NCBI GenBank assembly: GCA_951406725.2
Contig: OX597819.1
Span: 108,810,001-108,874,000 of the forward strand
Length of the DNA stretch: 64,000 bases
Direction: 5' to 3'
DNA from: Octopus vulgaris
Lineage: Eukaryota
Below, piece after piece: positions 1 to 13,306 of this stretch. Numbering within the stretch: the stretch's first letter is position 1; each line of letters starts with the position of its first letter. Both the position numbers and the translations under genes were made by a program. A model generated the notes under the pieces. The model did no database searches. It saw only the letters and a program-made list of their open reading frames with translations, and had not been told where the DNA came from.

Positions 1-65
1 TCCCAAATTTTCAACTTTTCAGCCAGTGAGCCACCATCATGCTTGACTACCAAATCTATTCCTCT

Positions 66-200
66 AAGGTGGAAAGCTGCCAGAATTGTTAGCACACTGG
101 ACAAAATGCTTAACAGTATTTCATCCATCATTGTGTTTGAGGTTGACTTTACCATTCATCATTTCAGACCTTGTGTCTAGAGCGGAAAGGATTATTATTA
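66..200 (+). mobile_element. SINE family A (tRNA-derived head, Nin/Deu-like central domain), degenerate copy
   Basis: AAGGTGG..GCTGCCAGAATTGTTAGCAC..AAAATGCTTA head and GAGGTTGACTTT.CC.TTCATC core, as in the better copies at 40717 and 61965. Confidence 0.65.
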
Positions 201-809
201 ATTCCACTAGATAGTCAATAAATACATAATACTAAGCTACAAATAGTAGTGTTTAGTCTTGATGTGTAAATCAGAAACATTATCATCATCAGAGCAGAAA
301 TTTATAAGTGGATGTGATCAAATCAATACCAGCATATTACTTGTATATATTTTATTGACCCTAGAACAGTGATTCTCAAATTCTGAAGCCTGGAAAAATG
401 CCTCATCTGCTATAGTTTATTTTTTTGTAAAATTTTAGTTTTTGTTAAATATAGATTTGTTTAAACTTTCCCATGCGAAGAATGCCTTCATATTTTTTAT
501 GGATCTTCAGTATACTAGAAGTAAAAAATACTGAGAAACCCTGCTCCAGAAAGATGGAAGTTGACTTAAAATATGTCCAAAGTTGTCTCCCATATTTCCA
601 GGAAATTATTTCTAATCGTTTTTTTTGGGGGGAGGGGGACACAATCACATCACAAAATGGACTTATTTTTAATAACTTTGGCACAAGACCATATTCTGAG
701 GGATTGTCATTTGATCTCTCTACTTGACTGGTTTCATTGTCCTCATTTGAACTGGCAATATGTAGGGATACAATTAAATAATGGTACAAAGCCAGAAATT
801 TCAGAGTAA

Positions 810-965
810 GGTTAAGTTGATTACATCAATTGCAGAGTTCAGCTGGTACTTATTTTATTGATCCTGAAAGGGATGAAAGGCAAAGTCAACCTCAGCAGAA
901 TTTGAACTTGGAATGTAAAGATGCATGAAATGCTCCCTTCTAACAATTCTGCCAGTTCACCACCT
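810..965 (-). mobile_element. SINE family A, degenerate copy
   Basis: GGTACTT..TTATTGA.CC.GAAAGGATGAAAGGCAAAGTCAACCTCAGCAGAATTTGAACT core on the plus strand. Confidence 0.7.
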
Positions 966-2019
966 TGATGTAATTAAATATTGAGAAGTATTTTTGTCAG
1001 GCACTGTAACTGATTCTGCTGCACACCATGTTAAATGATTGCAATAATACAAATTTACAAGAGAGTATACAATGATATGAAATGCTACTTATTATATGTG
1101 AAGGCATATGGCTTAGTGGTTAGGGTGTTGCATTGGTCTTGAACAAATCACTTCATTTCATGTTGCTCTGTGATCACTTCACCACTGGTACGTGGTACAC
1201 CATGCATCTGTTCAGGCAATGTTGATTTGATGGAGGGAGTGAGTTCATAAATAGCACAAACATTTTGATCACTATAAAATCATTTTTGTAGGTTGTTCAG
1301 CAAAAAATTGCAAAACCATCTTTCTCAGACTATGATAGGCTACCACCACTTAATCATATGTCTATATAAAAGGGGTTAGTGGTAGAAACAATAGTACTAT
1401 CTCATTATATACCAGATAATTTTGCAGTCATTTTATTCCAGTACATAAAATGTAGTGGGATAGCCTAACAGACAAAGCATATTTTAATTCGATGTTCACA
1501 ACAGTATTTAAACCAAAGTATGTAAATTACAAGTATACAATTCATTTTAAAAATCTTAACATAAAATATTCTTTCTCAATCCTCCTATTCTTTGATTTGT
1601 GTCTGTAGATGTCATGTAATTTATATTTAAAATATTAATATACATTTAGGAGAATAAATAATTTTTCTTTCCTTTCAGGTCATATATCTCAATCGTTTTG
1701 TACTGGAACGGGTTCAACAAGATCCAATGGTTTGGAGGATGTCTCACTCCATGTGTTTGGTTTCAATAGCTGGATACTTATCCTAACAACAACCACTTTA
1801 CAATGCACTTCGTACTTCCTTAGTGGCACCAGCACTAATGAGTTAACTTTGTATTTTGAGCATTAATGTATAACTTGCAATTATATATATATTAATCTCA
1901 GAGAAATTCAAGAACGAAAAGTATTTTGTCCAATGTTCTAACATATCAGCTGCCTTCTATCAGTAATAATTTCTAATTTAGCCACAAGATCATAAATTTT
2001 AGATGATACAGTTACATAC

Positions 2020-2232
2020 ATTTTTCTACTCAACACAAGGCCCAAAATTTTGGGGGAGGGGGCCAGTTGATTACATCAACCTCAGTGCGTAACTGGTACT
2101 TAATTTATTGACCCCGAAAGGATGAAAGGCAAAGTCGACCTCGGCGGAATTTGAACTCAGAACGTAATGGCAGACGAAATACCGCTAAGCATTTCACCAA
2201 GCATGCTAATGTTTCTACCAGTTCACCACCTT
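2020..2232 (-). mobile_element. SINE family A, near full length
   Basis: GACCCCGAAAGGATGAAAGGCAAAGTCGACCTCGGCGGAATTTGAACTCAGAACG; the reverse complement contains a B-box-like GAGTTCAAATTCC. Confidence 0.85.
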
Positions 2233-2466
2233 AATGATACAATTATATTGACCTCAATGAATATAGAGAAGTGTAAATAAGTACAACTCTGTAATTAAGG
2301 GGTTAGGGTTAATGACTGGTATTCAAGTAAGGGCCTGACATAAAAACTTAGTCAACTCTGACAGGATTTAAACCCAGAACATAAACAGAAATTAACTAAA
2401 TAGGATATTTTATGCACTGCACTACCAGCTTGCAACAATAATGGTGAATTCTATTAGGTCACATAG

Positions 2467-2645
2467 AAGGTGGCAAGCTGGCAGAATCATTAAGCATGCC
2501 AGGCAAAATGCTTAGTGGCATTTAGTCTATTCTGAATTCAAATCCTACTGAGGTTGACTGCCTTTCAGGGTTGATAAAGTACCAGTTAAGCATTGGGCCC
2601 CTTCCTTGAACTTGCTGGCCTTGTGCCAAAATTTGAAACCAATAT
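2467..2645 (+). mobile_element. SINE family A copy
   Basis: AAGGTGGCAAGCTGGCAGAATC head and GGCCTTGTGCCAAAATTTGAAACCAATATT tail. Confidence 0.75.
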
Positions 2646-5169
2646 TAGGTCACACAGGGGAGAAGACTAGCAGAACTGTTAAAAAAAACACATTGTGGTA
2701 TTTGCTTCCAATTTTTTTCATTCTGACTTCAAATCTCACTGAAGCCAACTTAGCATTTCATCTTTCAGGGGCCAGTGGTATCAATTAATACCCTCCCTCA
2801 CAACTGCTGTGCTTGTAACATTAGATGTTCCCCACATTATTAGAATGAATAGAATGCAGTCAACTGATTTGAACCCCAAAACATTAATGTAACTGTTTCT
2901 TGTACAGGAGAGATAAAAGTCATACTGACTTGAAACAAGGATGTAGCTATTTATAATAGGATATGTATAGCCAGTGATCATAACCATTATATGCCCCTTT
3001 GATCATGGCAAGACTGATAGTTCTTTAACTCAAAAGTAGCGAACGTGGCATAAAAAAAAATCTAGAGGGTTGATACTCTAGAGGCATATTCAGTAAGAGT
3101 AGACAGATTGTAGAGATTGGTGTCTGTGGGCCAGAGGTTACAATGTATTGGAGAGTATTTCAAATGGTTTTGGGAGTATTCTGCTGCAGTTCTTTAGATC
3201 TGCACTGGAAGAACAGATTATATATAATCACTGTGAGATCTCAAACACAATTTTCCTTAAGGATCTTGAGAAACTATATGTAAGGTAACTTTATACAATC
3301 TTATCCAAAAAAGCTAAATTTACAAATTGTTGTAGTACACTGGGCTGTTTATTATGAATTTCCATGGTATTAAGACAAATTATTCCCTGGATAGATGTTT
3401 ATAAAACAAGTTGCAATTTCAATGACTTTTGTAACATTACAGTAATCCCTCACCATATCATGGTTTATTATTTAAGCTTATATCAATTCCTCTGTGGTGG
3501 TATTTTGCATTTATAATAAAATGTATACAAATTACAGAAAGATGAAAGGTAAAGCTGACTGACTGAATGTAAACTAAGAACATTAAAAGCTTAAACTAAA
3601 TACTACAAACACATTTTGTTTGATAGAAGATGGGATAGAATGCCCCGTGTTACTTGTTCCAACTATTTGAGTTCAAATCCTGCCATTCATCCATTTAGGC
3701 TTGGAACAGTAAAGTACCAATCCAATGTGGTAAATAAGACAAAACTATTAGAATCAAGCAAGATGCTTTGCAGTATATGTCCAGGCTCTTTGCGCTAGCA
3801 CTGATGCCAACCCAAATTGACCCAAGTCAGTAGTCTTTCCCTTGTTCAAACATAGATACAGTTGAAAGGAGAGACTGGCATGCACAAGAAAGACAAAAAA
3901 AAAAAAATGTCCAGCTAGCACAGATGTGTGATCAACAATGACCAATTTAAGTCCTACAGCAATTCTGCCAATCCCCTATCCATTTAAAAATTTGTAACAC
4001 ACAAACACAAGTAGGAGAGGCAGAAGAGTTATAGTTGATTAGATTGATTCTTGGTAGTTATCCTTTTGATCCAAGAAGAATTTGAACTCAGAATAGAAAA
4101 GAATCTAACAATATGGCAAAAGGCATTTTATGTACTGCTCCATCATTTCTGTCCTCACAAGGATTTCAAAATGGATTTTTGCAAGATTTGAGCCCAGAAT
4201 ATTACTAAGCACAGTTGGTTGGTAAGTTTGCTCTAGGTTCAGCACTACTGCTTGATACGTTGGGCTGACTGTGGATTTGGGAGATGAAAACTGAAAGAAG
4301 CCTCTCACATATATGTATATCTGTGTGTATCTTTGTGTCTATCTCCCACCACCGCTCGGAACCGGTGTTGGTGTGTTTACACCTCCATAAATTAGCAGGT
4401 TGACAAGAGACCAACAGAATAAGTATCAGGATTAAGAGAGAGGGTGGGTGGGAAACTACTGGGGTAATTGAAGGTGGTGCCCCACATGGCTGTAGTCTTA
4501 TGACTGAAAGAAGTAAAAGATAAATAGGCAAATTTTTGAAATCAACTACTATTACAATAAAAATCAGATACAAAGCTTAATACCACAACAGAGAGATATG
4601 ATCAAATTAAATGATGTTATATTACTTTTTCTTATTTCTAAATAGTAAGCATGAGTTTCTTTTCTTTCAAATGCTCTACCCCTGATGGAAGATGATAGAC
4701 ATTAGGGGTGTAAGAGATGACGAACATTCAGTAAATACATATTCATCGTAATATTTAATTTTCATACCACATTCTTCAATCTATATTAAGCTAGAGGCTG
4801 AACCACAACTATATTGCCCCCACCCCATCAATCATTGTAAATAAAATCTGTGCCTACTAAGAAAAAAAAAACTATAATCTTGAAGTGCTGAAAGATTTTT
4901 AGTTCCATGCCCTGTCCTCTTGAATATGTGAGTGTGCAGACAACTAGGTGGTGGTAGCAAAAGTTTAATCTGAAGTCAACATGATCCAGCAGGCCTTTTT
5001 CCAAAGGCATTCCAATCGTGACCATCCTCTTCTTTCAGAGGTACTTAGGACTACATTATCTCATGTGTCCTTTGCTTTTCTAGAAAGGAAAAATATAAGA
5101 AAAAAAGGTAGATTGTGTGATTTGAGGGAGATTTGGTTATAGCAGACAGGCAGGCAGGAAGGCCGAGCA

Positions 5170-7014
5170 AATAATTCTTCAGGTTTAAGTTTTATTTCGG
5201 AGGACAATACAGAGACAGATTATACAGTAGAGACAGAGTCAGTCAGAACTTTGTCAAGTCCTAGACATGGGCAGCGAATGGTTACTTTGCAGGCATTATT
5301 AGATCCATGACAAATGATCAATAGGAAAAAAAAAAAAGTTTAAGAATAAAATAACAAACATTACACGAGAAAGTTCAGATTGCATTTGATAGTAAAACTA
5401 ACACTTTCTCTCCACTATTGCTCCCAGCCTCAACTTAAAGGATTAAATTACAAAAAAAAGAAAAAAGAAAAGAAAAAGCTGTTATATTAATATATATATA
5501 TATGTATGTATATATATATTACAATTTGCAAGACCAATATCTTGGCACTAAGGAAATTGTTGAATTTATTTTAATATAAAATTGGCTAATCTTGAGGTGA
5601 AGCAGGTAGAGAAAACTTTCTTGGATATTAATTCCTCCTCTAACATTTGACCGCGATTCTCTAAGCAATAAAGAATGGGGAGCAGTTGATTACAACTGAA
5701 AACAGTGAAAAATATCAGACAGGAAGAGCTGCTTCCCTTTCGCATACACACACGCACACTTCCTCCCAGCACAAATTCCTTAATTTTAGGACATCAAAAG
5801 TAACCCAGCTTTTCAGTTTGGTGGTTACCCCTCCATACACCAGGCTTACACTGCCACATTGGACAGTAACAGTGTACAAATAATATTTCATCGCTAAGCA
5901 ATTTGTCTACACCTCTATAGGGTAAGTGTATCCAAAAGTTGAAAAATTAGGTGAGAATTCAGTCAGACAAAATAAAGAAACCAGCATGCTTGAATTAGAA
6001 ATTACATTTCATTAACAATGCTATTCAAATAAAGGGAGATGAGAGGGAGTTTTTATTTTCATTACATGCACATAAATTAACAGTGGCAACTGATAGGGAG
6101 GTGTCAGAAACAGATGAAATTAATAAGCTAACAAAGCAAAACAAATAATACTAAAATCATGTAAGGTTGAATGAGAGTGGCACCAACTATATTTTGGTGC
6201 CAGAGACAACACAGATAGACATGCACAGAAATACCGACAAGATCAGAGTTTATGAAATGTAGGAAACCAGAAAGAAGGAGAAAGTATACAGTTTTTGTAT
6301 CACAAAATAATAAAACCAGCGAAGTAAACTTATTTCTGGTTGGAGAATGAATTCAAAGATAGTGGCCAACGGTCATTTCACCAGCCTTTTCTTGCATGAA
6401 AATTCAACATGCAAGGCAGTAGTTATTGTGAACACAGTTGATAAATAGAACCCTATTAGACAGAATGTGCATGTATGCGTGTGTATGCTCATGTATAAAG
6501 ACCTAGATTCATTGTCTTAATGAGAAAAAGGTTTTCTGAAGTTGTATCAATTCAACAATATTTAATTATTGCTAAGTAATAAAAAATATAACAATTAACA
6601 GCTCTGCCTTGACAGACAAAAAATCCCCAGCAAAACCACTACCATCAACCCACTAAGTAAATAAAAACAGATAAGTGATTCAGTGCCACAGAATCCCAGC
6701 CAAATTACTACGGCTAGAAAATCAAATTATTCAAATAGTGACAATTTTTTTGGTTTTTTACTAAATAGATTTTTAAATCATTGCATATGTTTTAAAAATA
6801 AATAAATAAAAATGAAAAATATATATATATGTATATATAACTCTGACGAGTCCTTCCATTATAAAAAGCAATTTGCTTGAAAAGAGGCAGTATATTTACC
6901 AGATGAGGTATATGGAGTGGAAAAGAAAATTGGAAAATCATGATAATAATGTGAATGTTTTAATGTTGAAAAACAAAATTGATTCTCTCTCTCTCTTTAT
7001 ATATGATATATATG

Positions 7015-7047
<33 letters not shown>

Positions 7048-8640
7048 TACACATACACGCACATACAGACAGATACCATACACATGTGCATACCTAGGGA
7101 TGTATACCTAGTATTGGAGGACTGACATAAATTAGCAAGCAAGACCTCATAAATACAGTTAATAGATAAAAATCAAGAAAATAAGAGTAAATAAATAAGT
7201 GGCAGTGGTAGTGGTGATGTCGATGGTACAAATAAACAGGAGAAGCCATACGAAAGAGAGAGAGAAAGAGGAAGCCAAAAGAAAGCAATGAAGAAGAGAA
7301 ATGAAAAACAGCTTCATAATTAAGAGACACAAAGAGATGTTAAGGTATAAAAATTTAATTCAATCAGCCAGCCACACACACACATACACACGGGAGGTCT
7401 TACCAGCAAAAATTGATTGATACAGCCTAACCCTCATGAGACCTTACTACTACTATCACCACCACCACCACCAACAACTGGTCAGTCAGAAAGCACAATT
7501 CCAGCACAAAAAACAAAGAAACAATGCAGCTGGCTACTGGACTATATTATCAACCCAATGTGATATATAAACAATGTAACTTTACTTCAATGCTGAGGAT
7601 GTCAAGTCAAAAAAAGCATCCATGAATGCAGAGCAAAGAGCAGGTTTAGGCATACTGGGGGGAAGGAGGAAGAATAAAATAATTTTCCAATACTTTTAAA
7701 ACTTTTTTTTTATTTTAGTTGTAGGTGTAATTAATAAGTAGCTTTCAAAATTTTATTTTTCACTTAAATTTTTGACACTGCCACCGGTGACCAAGGGAAG
7801 GGCAAGACAAAATAATAATAATAATAACAATAATAAAAAATTTCAATGTGAAATTTCTGACTGATTTGAGAACAATTTTCTACAGAGGACTATCAGAAAC
7901 CAATAAAATATCAAGACTTGTATGTATCAAAGAAAGTTTTCTTTTTCAATTTTCCCCCCCATTTTTCCCACATTCAAAATTGTATTTTTTCCACTTTTCT
8001 TAACAAATACTAATTGTTATTTTTTAATTTTAAAGTTTTATTGAAAAGGATAGAGGGGAAAAGTGTGACATTATCACTGGCTGAAAGACAGAGCTGGTTT
8101 GGTCCACATTTAGCCAGAATAGAAATGATTGACAAACTTTTTTTTTTCTCTTTTAATTATTTAATTAGAAAGAAAGAAACTTAAAAGAGAGCTAAGTTAG
8201 CTTAGTGAAAGACAATGAAATGGAAGGGAGTGAGGAGACAAAATTGAACAGATTCTAAAGAGAGAGAGATGAGAAACAACTAAACAAATCAGAGAAGAAT
8301 AAGAGAATACACTGTTTTTTCACTATGTGTATGTGTGCATATGTGTGTGTGTGTGTGCATGCACTAGCATGCATGTCTCTTCCACTCATAATATGGTCAT
8401 GACTGGCCTTTGGTAGCGCTATGAAATAATGGACATGGTTTGGTTGGTCACTTTTATACAGATAACATATCAATACAGAACAATGTACAAGAGAAAAATG
8501 ATAATAGTCATGGCCAGAGAGAGTGACAAGAAGACCAATATTATTATATTATTATTATTATTATATTATTCTTATTATATTATCATTATTATTATTATTC
8601 TGTTTCATGTGCAAATAGATTCAACTAAATGGGTTGCTGT
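5170..8640 (-). other. Probable long 3' UTR of the 14-3-3 epsilon gene
   Basis: U-rich on the minus strand with no recognisable SINEs, whereas 1-5150 is full of them. Minus-strand AATAAA at 5196-5191 lies at the boundary; more AATAAA sites near 5570, 6055 and 7710. Confidence 0.6.
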
Positions 8641-8696
8641 TTATGACACTTCCTCTGTCTCACCTTCTGGTTGCCCCTCAGCTTTATGTTCACAAT
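8641..8696 (-). CDS. YWHAE: 14-3-3 protein epsilon, last coding exon (DCEHKAEGQPEGETEEVS-stop)
   Basis: Pyrimidine tract plus CAG acceptor at 8699-8697. Phase 1 gives an acidic tail ending EEVS-TAA, similar to invertebrate epsilon C-termini. Total CDS is 771 nt, or 256 aa plus stop. Confidence 0.85.
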
Positions 8697-9525
8697 CTGA
8701 AAAAGAGAATGAAATGATTAGCAGTTTAGTCAAATTTACTCTACCGTACAAGGTTGCTGTTTGGTCATTGTTATTACCATTAGCTTTCAACTAGCAATTT
8801 CCAGTTGCTTGTCCATTTCAAAACCCTTTTTGTACCTATTACAGTTAAGTTTTTATTTCTGCAGCTTCAATACAATAATATCAACAACCCTCCTACTAAC
8901 AGCCATGGCACCAGTGTCTAACCGGATTCACTAGAAATAGTAACAGCAAAATTTACCTTAATTATATACTATATTTCAAATGAAAGGACACAGATGTAGT
9001 AATAGACATATAAAGATGAGAGAAATGTATTTGGTCATTCTATTAAACAGTTATTTTAGCCAAGACTCAATCGTGACAATAGTTAACTAAATATTTGCCT
9101 TACACCAAGAGTTACCAAACTTCAAGAAACATGAACACTTAGTTTTATTATATACAAACTCAGAGAATATTATATCTAATTTTCTAAGAGAAAATATTTC
9201 ATGCAGAATTCTCAAAAATTTCACATTTTTCTATATTATATTAAAAGGTCATTAGAGTAAACATTCTTATGCTTTTACTAATCTGGACTCGCTCACAGAA
9301 GACAATTATTAAGCCTGTTTGTCAATGAAACAGAAAATTTGAAGACACTTCCAGAACCTGTCATCATTGTTGCTGTCATCACAACTATTTTTCTATGCTA
9401 GCATGGGTTGGATACATGGTTTTTAAGTGCAGTCACATTAGTTCCTACAGTCATGCTTGTGCATATCAAAGTTGTAAATCTTAAATGCATTGAGTGGAGA
9501 GAAAAAAGGGAAATAAAATTAACAT

Positions 9526-9586
9526 TCCTCAGTAGTATAGTGGTAAGTATGCCTGCCTGTCACAAGGGATATTGGGGCTTGAATTT
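9526..9586 (+). pseudogene. tRNA-Asp(GTC)-derived pseudogene, 3' end interrupted by a SINE
   Basis: TCCTCAGTAGTATAGTGGTAAGTATGCCTGCCTGTCACAAGGGATATTGGGGCTTGAAT closely follows metazoan tRNA-Asp (TCCTCGTTAGTATAGTGGT.AGTATCCCCGCCTGTCACGCGGGAGACCGGGGTTCGATT), but the T-loop and stems are mutated. Confidence 0.75.
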
Positions 9587-9842
9587 AGGCGCAGATATGG
9601 TTGTGTTGTAAGAAGCTTGCCTCCCAACCACATGTTTCTAGGTTCAGTCCCACTGCATGGCAACTTGGGCAAGCATCTTCAATATAGCCTAGGGCCAACC
9701 AAAGCCTTGTGAGTGGATTTAGTAGATGGAAATTGAAAGAAGCTTGTAATATATATATGTATATATAGTGTGTGTGTTTGCTCCCCACCACCACATGGTT
9801 GAGAAGCAAACATCTTAACTGCACAGCTATGCCTACACCTGT
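9587..9842 (+). mobile_element. SINE family B (tRNA head plus CORE-like TTGGGCAAG segment), with an inverted second head
   Basis: GGCGCAG..ATGG.TGTG..GTAAGAAGCTTGC..CCAACCACATG..GGTTCAGTCCCACTG...TTGGGCAAG...GCCTTGTGAGTGGATTT; a reverse-oriented head lies at ~9790-9842. Confidence 0.75.
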
Positions 9843-10538
9843 GTGTGTAGCAATTACCCAATGCAACAACAGGAATCTCAGTAACAAAAAGAAACCATCC
9901 TCTCAAGGAAAAGAAAAATAGAAATGGCAAAGCAAAAAGATGAAGAAAATGATTATATCCTAACTCATAATCACCTATGCTTTTCTTGAGCATCAAAATG
10001 TCACATTTATCTTTAAGTACCACTTCAAAATCTAAGAGGCATAAAACTTAATTTCAGATTTCATTTAGCATGCCAAAAAGCAATTTTAAGGATTCCCATC
10101 ATCTTTGATAGAAGCTGCCACTCTATTTAGCATTTCAAACATCTTGTTTTAAAAAACATTTGTACCAGATGATATACTACTTCATTTCTTCAAATGTCTA
10201 TATATTACAAATTACAACCAATTTAGTACCAATTTTGAGAAAAAACATTACAAACTAGAAAAACTTATGTACTCACATTTAGTCTAACAGATCTATAATT
10301 ATATATATAACGGACATTAAACGATGATTAGAATGACAGGCCTTAAACTACAAGTATTATACGTGCACTTTTTTTTCTATTTTTGATGTAAGATTTTATT
10401 CTAATTATTCCCAGTTTTTAATAGTTGGGCTCTATGAAAATCTAAACTTTGTTAAAAAAAAAAGAGAAAAATCTTTCTGTACATCAGAAATATTAGCTAT
10501 AAAAGAGTTATAAATTAGAGAAAGATTTTAAAATTTAC

Positions 10539-10882
10539 CTTCAGCCTGCATATCTGATGTCCAGAGAGTAAGGTTGTCTCTCAGTAGCTGCATTATAAGG
10601 GTGGAATCTTTGTAGCTCTCTTCACTCAGCGTATCCAGCTCAGCAATTGCTTCATCAAATGCACACTTGGCCAATCGACAAGCACGGTCAGGTGTATTGA
10701 AGATCTCATAATAGAAGACAGAGAAATTGAGTGCCAAGCCTAATCGTATCGGGTGGGTGGGAGGTAGGTCCTTTAAGGCATATTCACTTGCCGCCTTGTA
10801 GGCAAGTAAACTATTGTCAGCAGCGTCCTTCCTCTCCTCCCCAGTGGCAAATTCTGCCAAGTAGCGATGGTAATCACCTTTC
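10539..10882 (-). CDS. YWHAE: 14-3-3 protein epsilon, coding exon 4 (344 nt)
   Basis: Encodes [14 protein letters not shown]...[22 protein letters not shown]...[22 protein letters not shown]; [11 protein letters not shown] is epsilon-type. TTTTAG acceptor and GTAAAT donor. Confidence 0.97.
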
Positions 10883-11204
10883 CTAAAACAGATAAAATTT
10901 TCAAAGTTGAAACAGCATAAAATGTACAAGATGCTGTGGAGAATTAAAAATATTTTTCTAACAGGCTCTAATTAACTAGTTTTTTTTTTTGTTATATCAA
11001 AACAGAATGGAATGTGTCTCATGTACTAGAGTAGATTTAATCGTTGCCTCTATTTGATAACATAGCTATGTTAATAGTCATATGGGTCCACACATAGACT
11101 ATGCAATATTTCATGTTAAAATGCCCACAATAAAGCAGAAAACTGAAGCATATCAATAAAAAGAAGGAAAAAAAATCACAGAAACAGTGAAAATAGATTT
11201 AATA

Positions 11205-11398
11205 TTGGTTTCAAATTTGGACACAAGGCCAGCAACTGGCGGAGGAGTGAAGTCAATCAGATTGACTCTAGTGCTCAACTGGTACTTTATTGACCCTGAA
11301 AGGCATAATCGACCTAGGTAGATTTTGAATTCATAATGTAAAAACAGAGGGCAAAATGCCTTCAACCTGCTTAATGATTCTGCCAATTCACTGCCTTA
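11205..11398 (-). mobile_element. SINE family A copy in 14-3-3 intron 3
   Basis: AATATTGGTTTCAAATTTGG.ACAAGGCCAGCA tail and CTGGTACTTTATTGACCCTGAAAGG core. Flanked by a direct repeat of TAGATTTAATATT. Confidence 0.75.
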
Positions 11399-11523
11399 AA
11401 TTTAGATTTAATATTGAGAAGTAATTTCCTTACTATTTACCGCAAGTTTACTAAGTTGTTTAAGTTAAAGAAGTGTGTACATGCATGTGTGTGTATCAAG
11501 AAACCTAAATATGACATACTTAC

Positions 11524-11630
11524 ATTTTGTAATAAAACACTCTAGATTCTCCAGTTGAAGCATTAGTTAAAAGTTTCTTATCCAAAACAGCTAAAACATC
11601 ATTGCAAATATCTTGAAGTTCACCTTCAAT
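11524..11630 (-). CDS. YWHAE: 14-3-3 protein epsilon, coding exon 3 ([36 protein letters not shown], 107 nt)
   Basis: Translated by hand because it is too short for the ORF track. TTTCAG acceptor and GTAAGT donor; phases match exons 2 and 4. Confidence 0.96.
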
Positions 11631-13106
11631 CTGAAATGAACCAATTACAACAAGCAATTGTTAAACAGAGATTAACATTACTATTTTGGTGTCAACATTG
11701 GGATTGCACTGTTTTACAGCATTTCAGATGTGTTTCACTAACCAATAATAACCACAAGGTTTCAATTTTGAGAGCAGTGTAGAGTTGATTATATTAACCC
11801 AAACAACTGACTGGCGCTTTATTTTATCAACAGCCCCAGAGCAATGATATGAAAAGTCAACTCTAGCTGAACTAGTTGAATTCTGAGTATGAAGCGTAGT
11901 GTATGATTAAATATGATCAATATTAACGATTCAGCCAACTTCAATAAGCAAGTGATGATGAAACAACTATTCACCAATTAAATATCTCACTGTTATCTTA
12001 AGAGATATTTAATCAATATAGCTGTAAACTAAGTAAGATTTGCGGAACAATGCAATAGAAACACAATTTAATAGATAAAATATCAATAACATTTTCTTAA
12101 TAAATCAGATCAGTCACATTTCAGTGATTTTTAAGAAATGTTAATCTTTATGAATTAGTCAAGATAAGCATCCAGTGTACAAATGAACATGATTTGAAAC
12201 TTTATAGCTCACAAATTCAGTATAATGAAAATTTCATTTGAAAACTGAATTTGTTTAAAACAAAAATTAAGAGTGGTAATTTTTTTAAATAATTATCTCC
12301 CTAAATATATTCAATATAAAGTTCTAAAAAAAGTTTACAAGTAGATTACAGAGGCTACTAAATACAGTTTAATGCTTTTAGTAAATTTTATAGTCAATAT
12401 TAATATAAATCAACAGATAAAATGTTATTTGGATTTAATTTGAACAAAGGCAGACATGGTCTGAAAATGTTTTTATTTTTAAGAATCTTTTCCCTCACAT
12501 GTCTGAAGTAAATTCTTTGGAATAAGTAAATTTGTTTTATTTTTTTGTTAGTGGTGACAGAAGCTTGAGTGAATATAAAAATTCTGATTACCATTGTGTA
12601 AATATGAGAAAGCAGTTTGAATAGAAGAGATCAAGAAGGCACAGTACAGACATTAATACATGCTCAAGAAAGAATTTATTCAATTTCAATATAACACTTG
12701 TTTTCCATACTGGTATGGGTTGGACTTGATTATTTTAGAGAAGTTCCAATCAATTCAGCATATGGTCATAGAAATGGAGTAAAGAGTGACAGGAATCATA
12801 TTAGAACTAGTGTAAGCTTTTCTATATCTTTCACAAAACCCCTCCACCCCAAACATTTTGTGATAATCACATGACACTATGGACTATCTTTGGGGGGACG
12901 GGACTATTAATAATTTAGGAAATTTGCTTAAGTCACATTCATTTTTCACCTGCTTTTTCTAAGTTTGCAGATTCAAGAGGACACTGTCAAATTATTACCT
13001 GGACCCTACTGCAATAAAATAGTAAGCCACAAGAGTATCTCAAAATTACTCAGGTACATTAGCTGGTTAGTAAAGTGATATAGTCAAAACAATTTAGTCA
13101 GCTTAC

Positions 13107-13306
13107 CTTTTCTCTGTAGGCTCTAATCAAATTTACTCGCTGTTCACTGCCTTTAGCTTCTTCCTTTTGCTCTAGACTGCTGACAATTCTCCAGGAGGCT
13201 CGACGAGCACCTATCACATTTTTATATGCAACTGATAAAAGGTTTCTTTCCTCCACAGATAATTCAATCCCCTGGTCGGCCACCTCTTTCATGCTTTCCA
13301 CCATTT
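13107..13306 (-). CDS. YWHAE: 14-3-3 protein epsilon, coding exon 2 (200 nt)
   Basis: ORF 13098..13304 contains [36 protein letters not shown]. Poly-T tract plus CAG acceptor at 13309-13307; GTAAGC donor at 13106. Confidence 0.97.

Noticed and set aside
6843-6890. CTGACGAGTCC hammerhead-like start
   Set aside because: There is no complementary GGAC-GAAA downstream, so helix II cannot form; it is also antisense to the 3' UTR.
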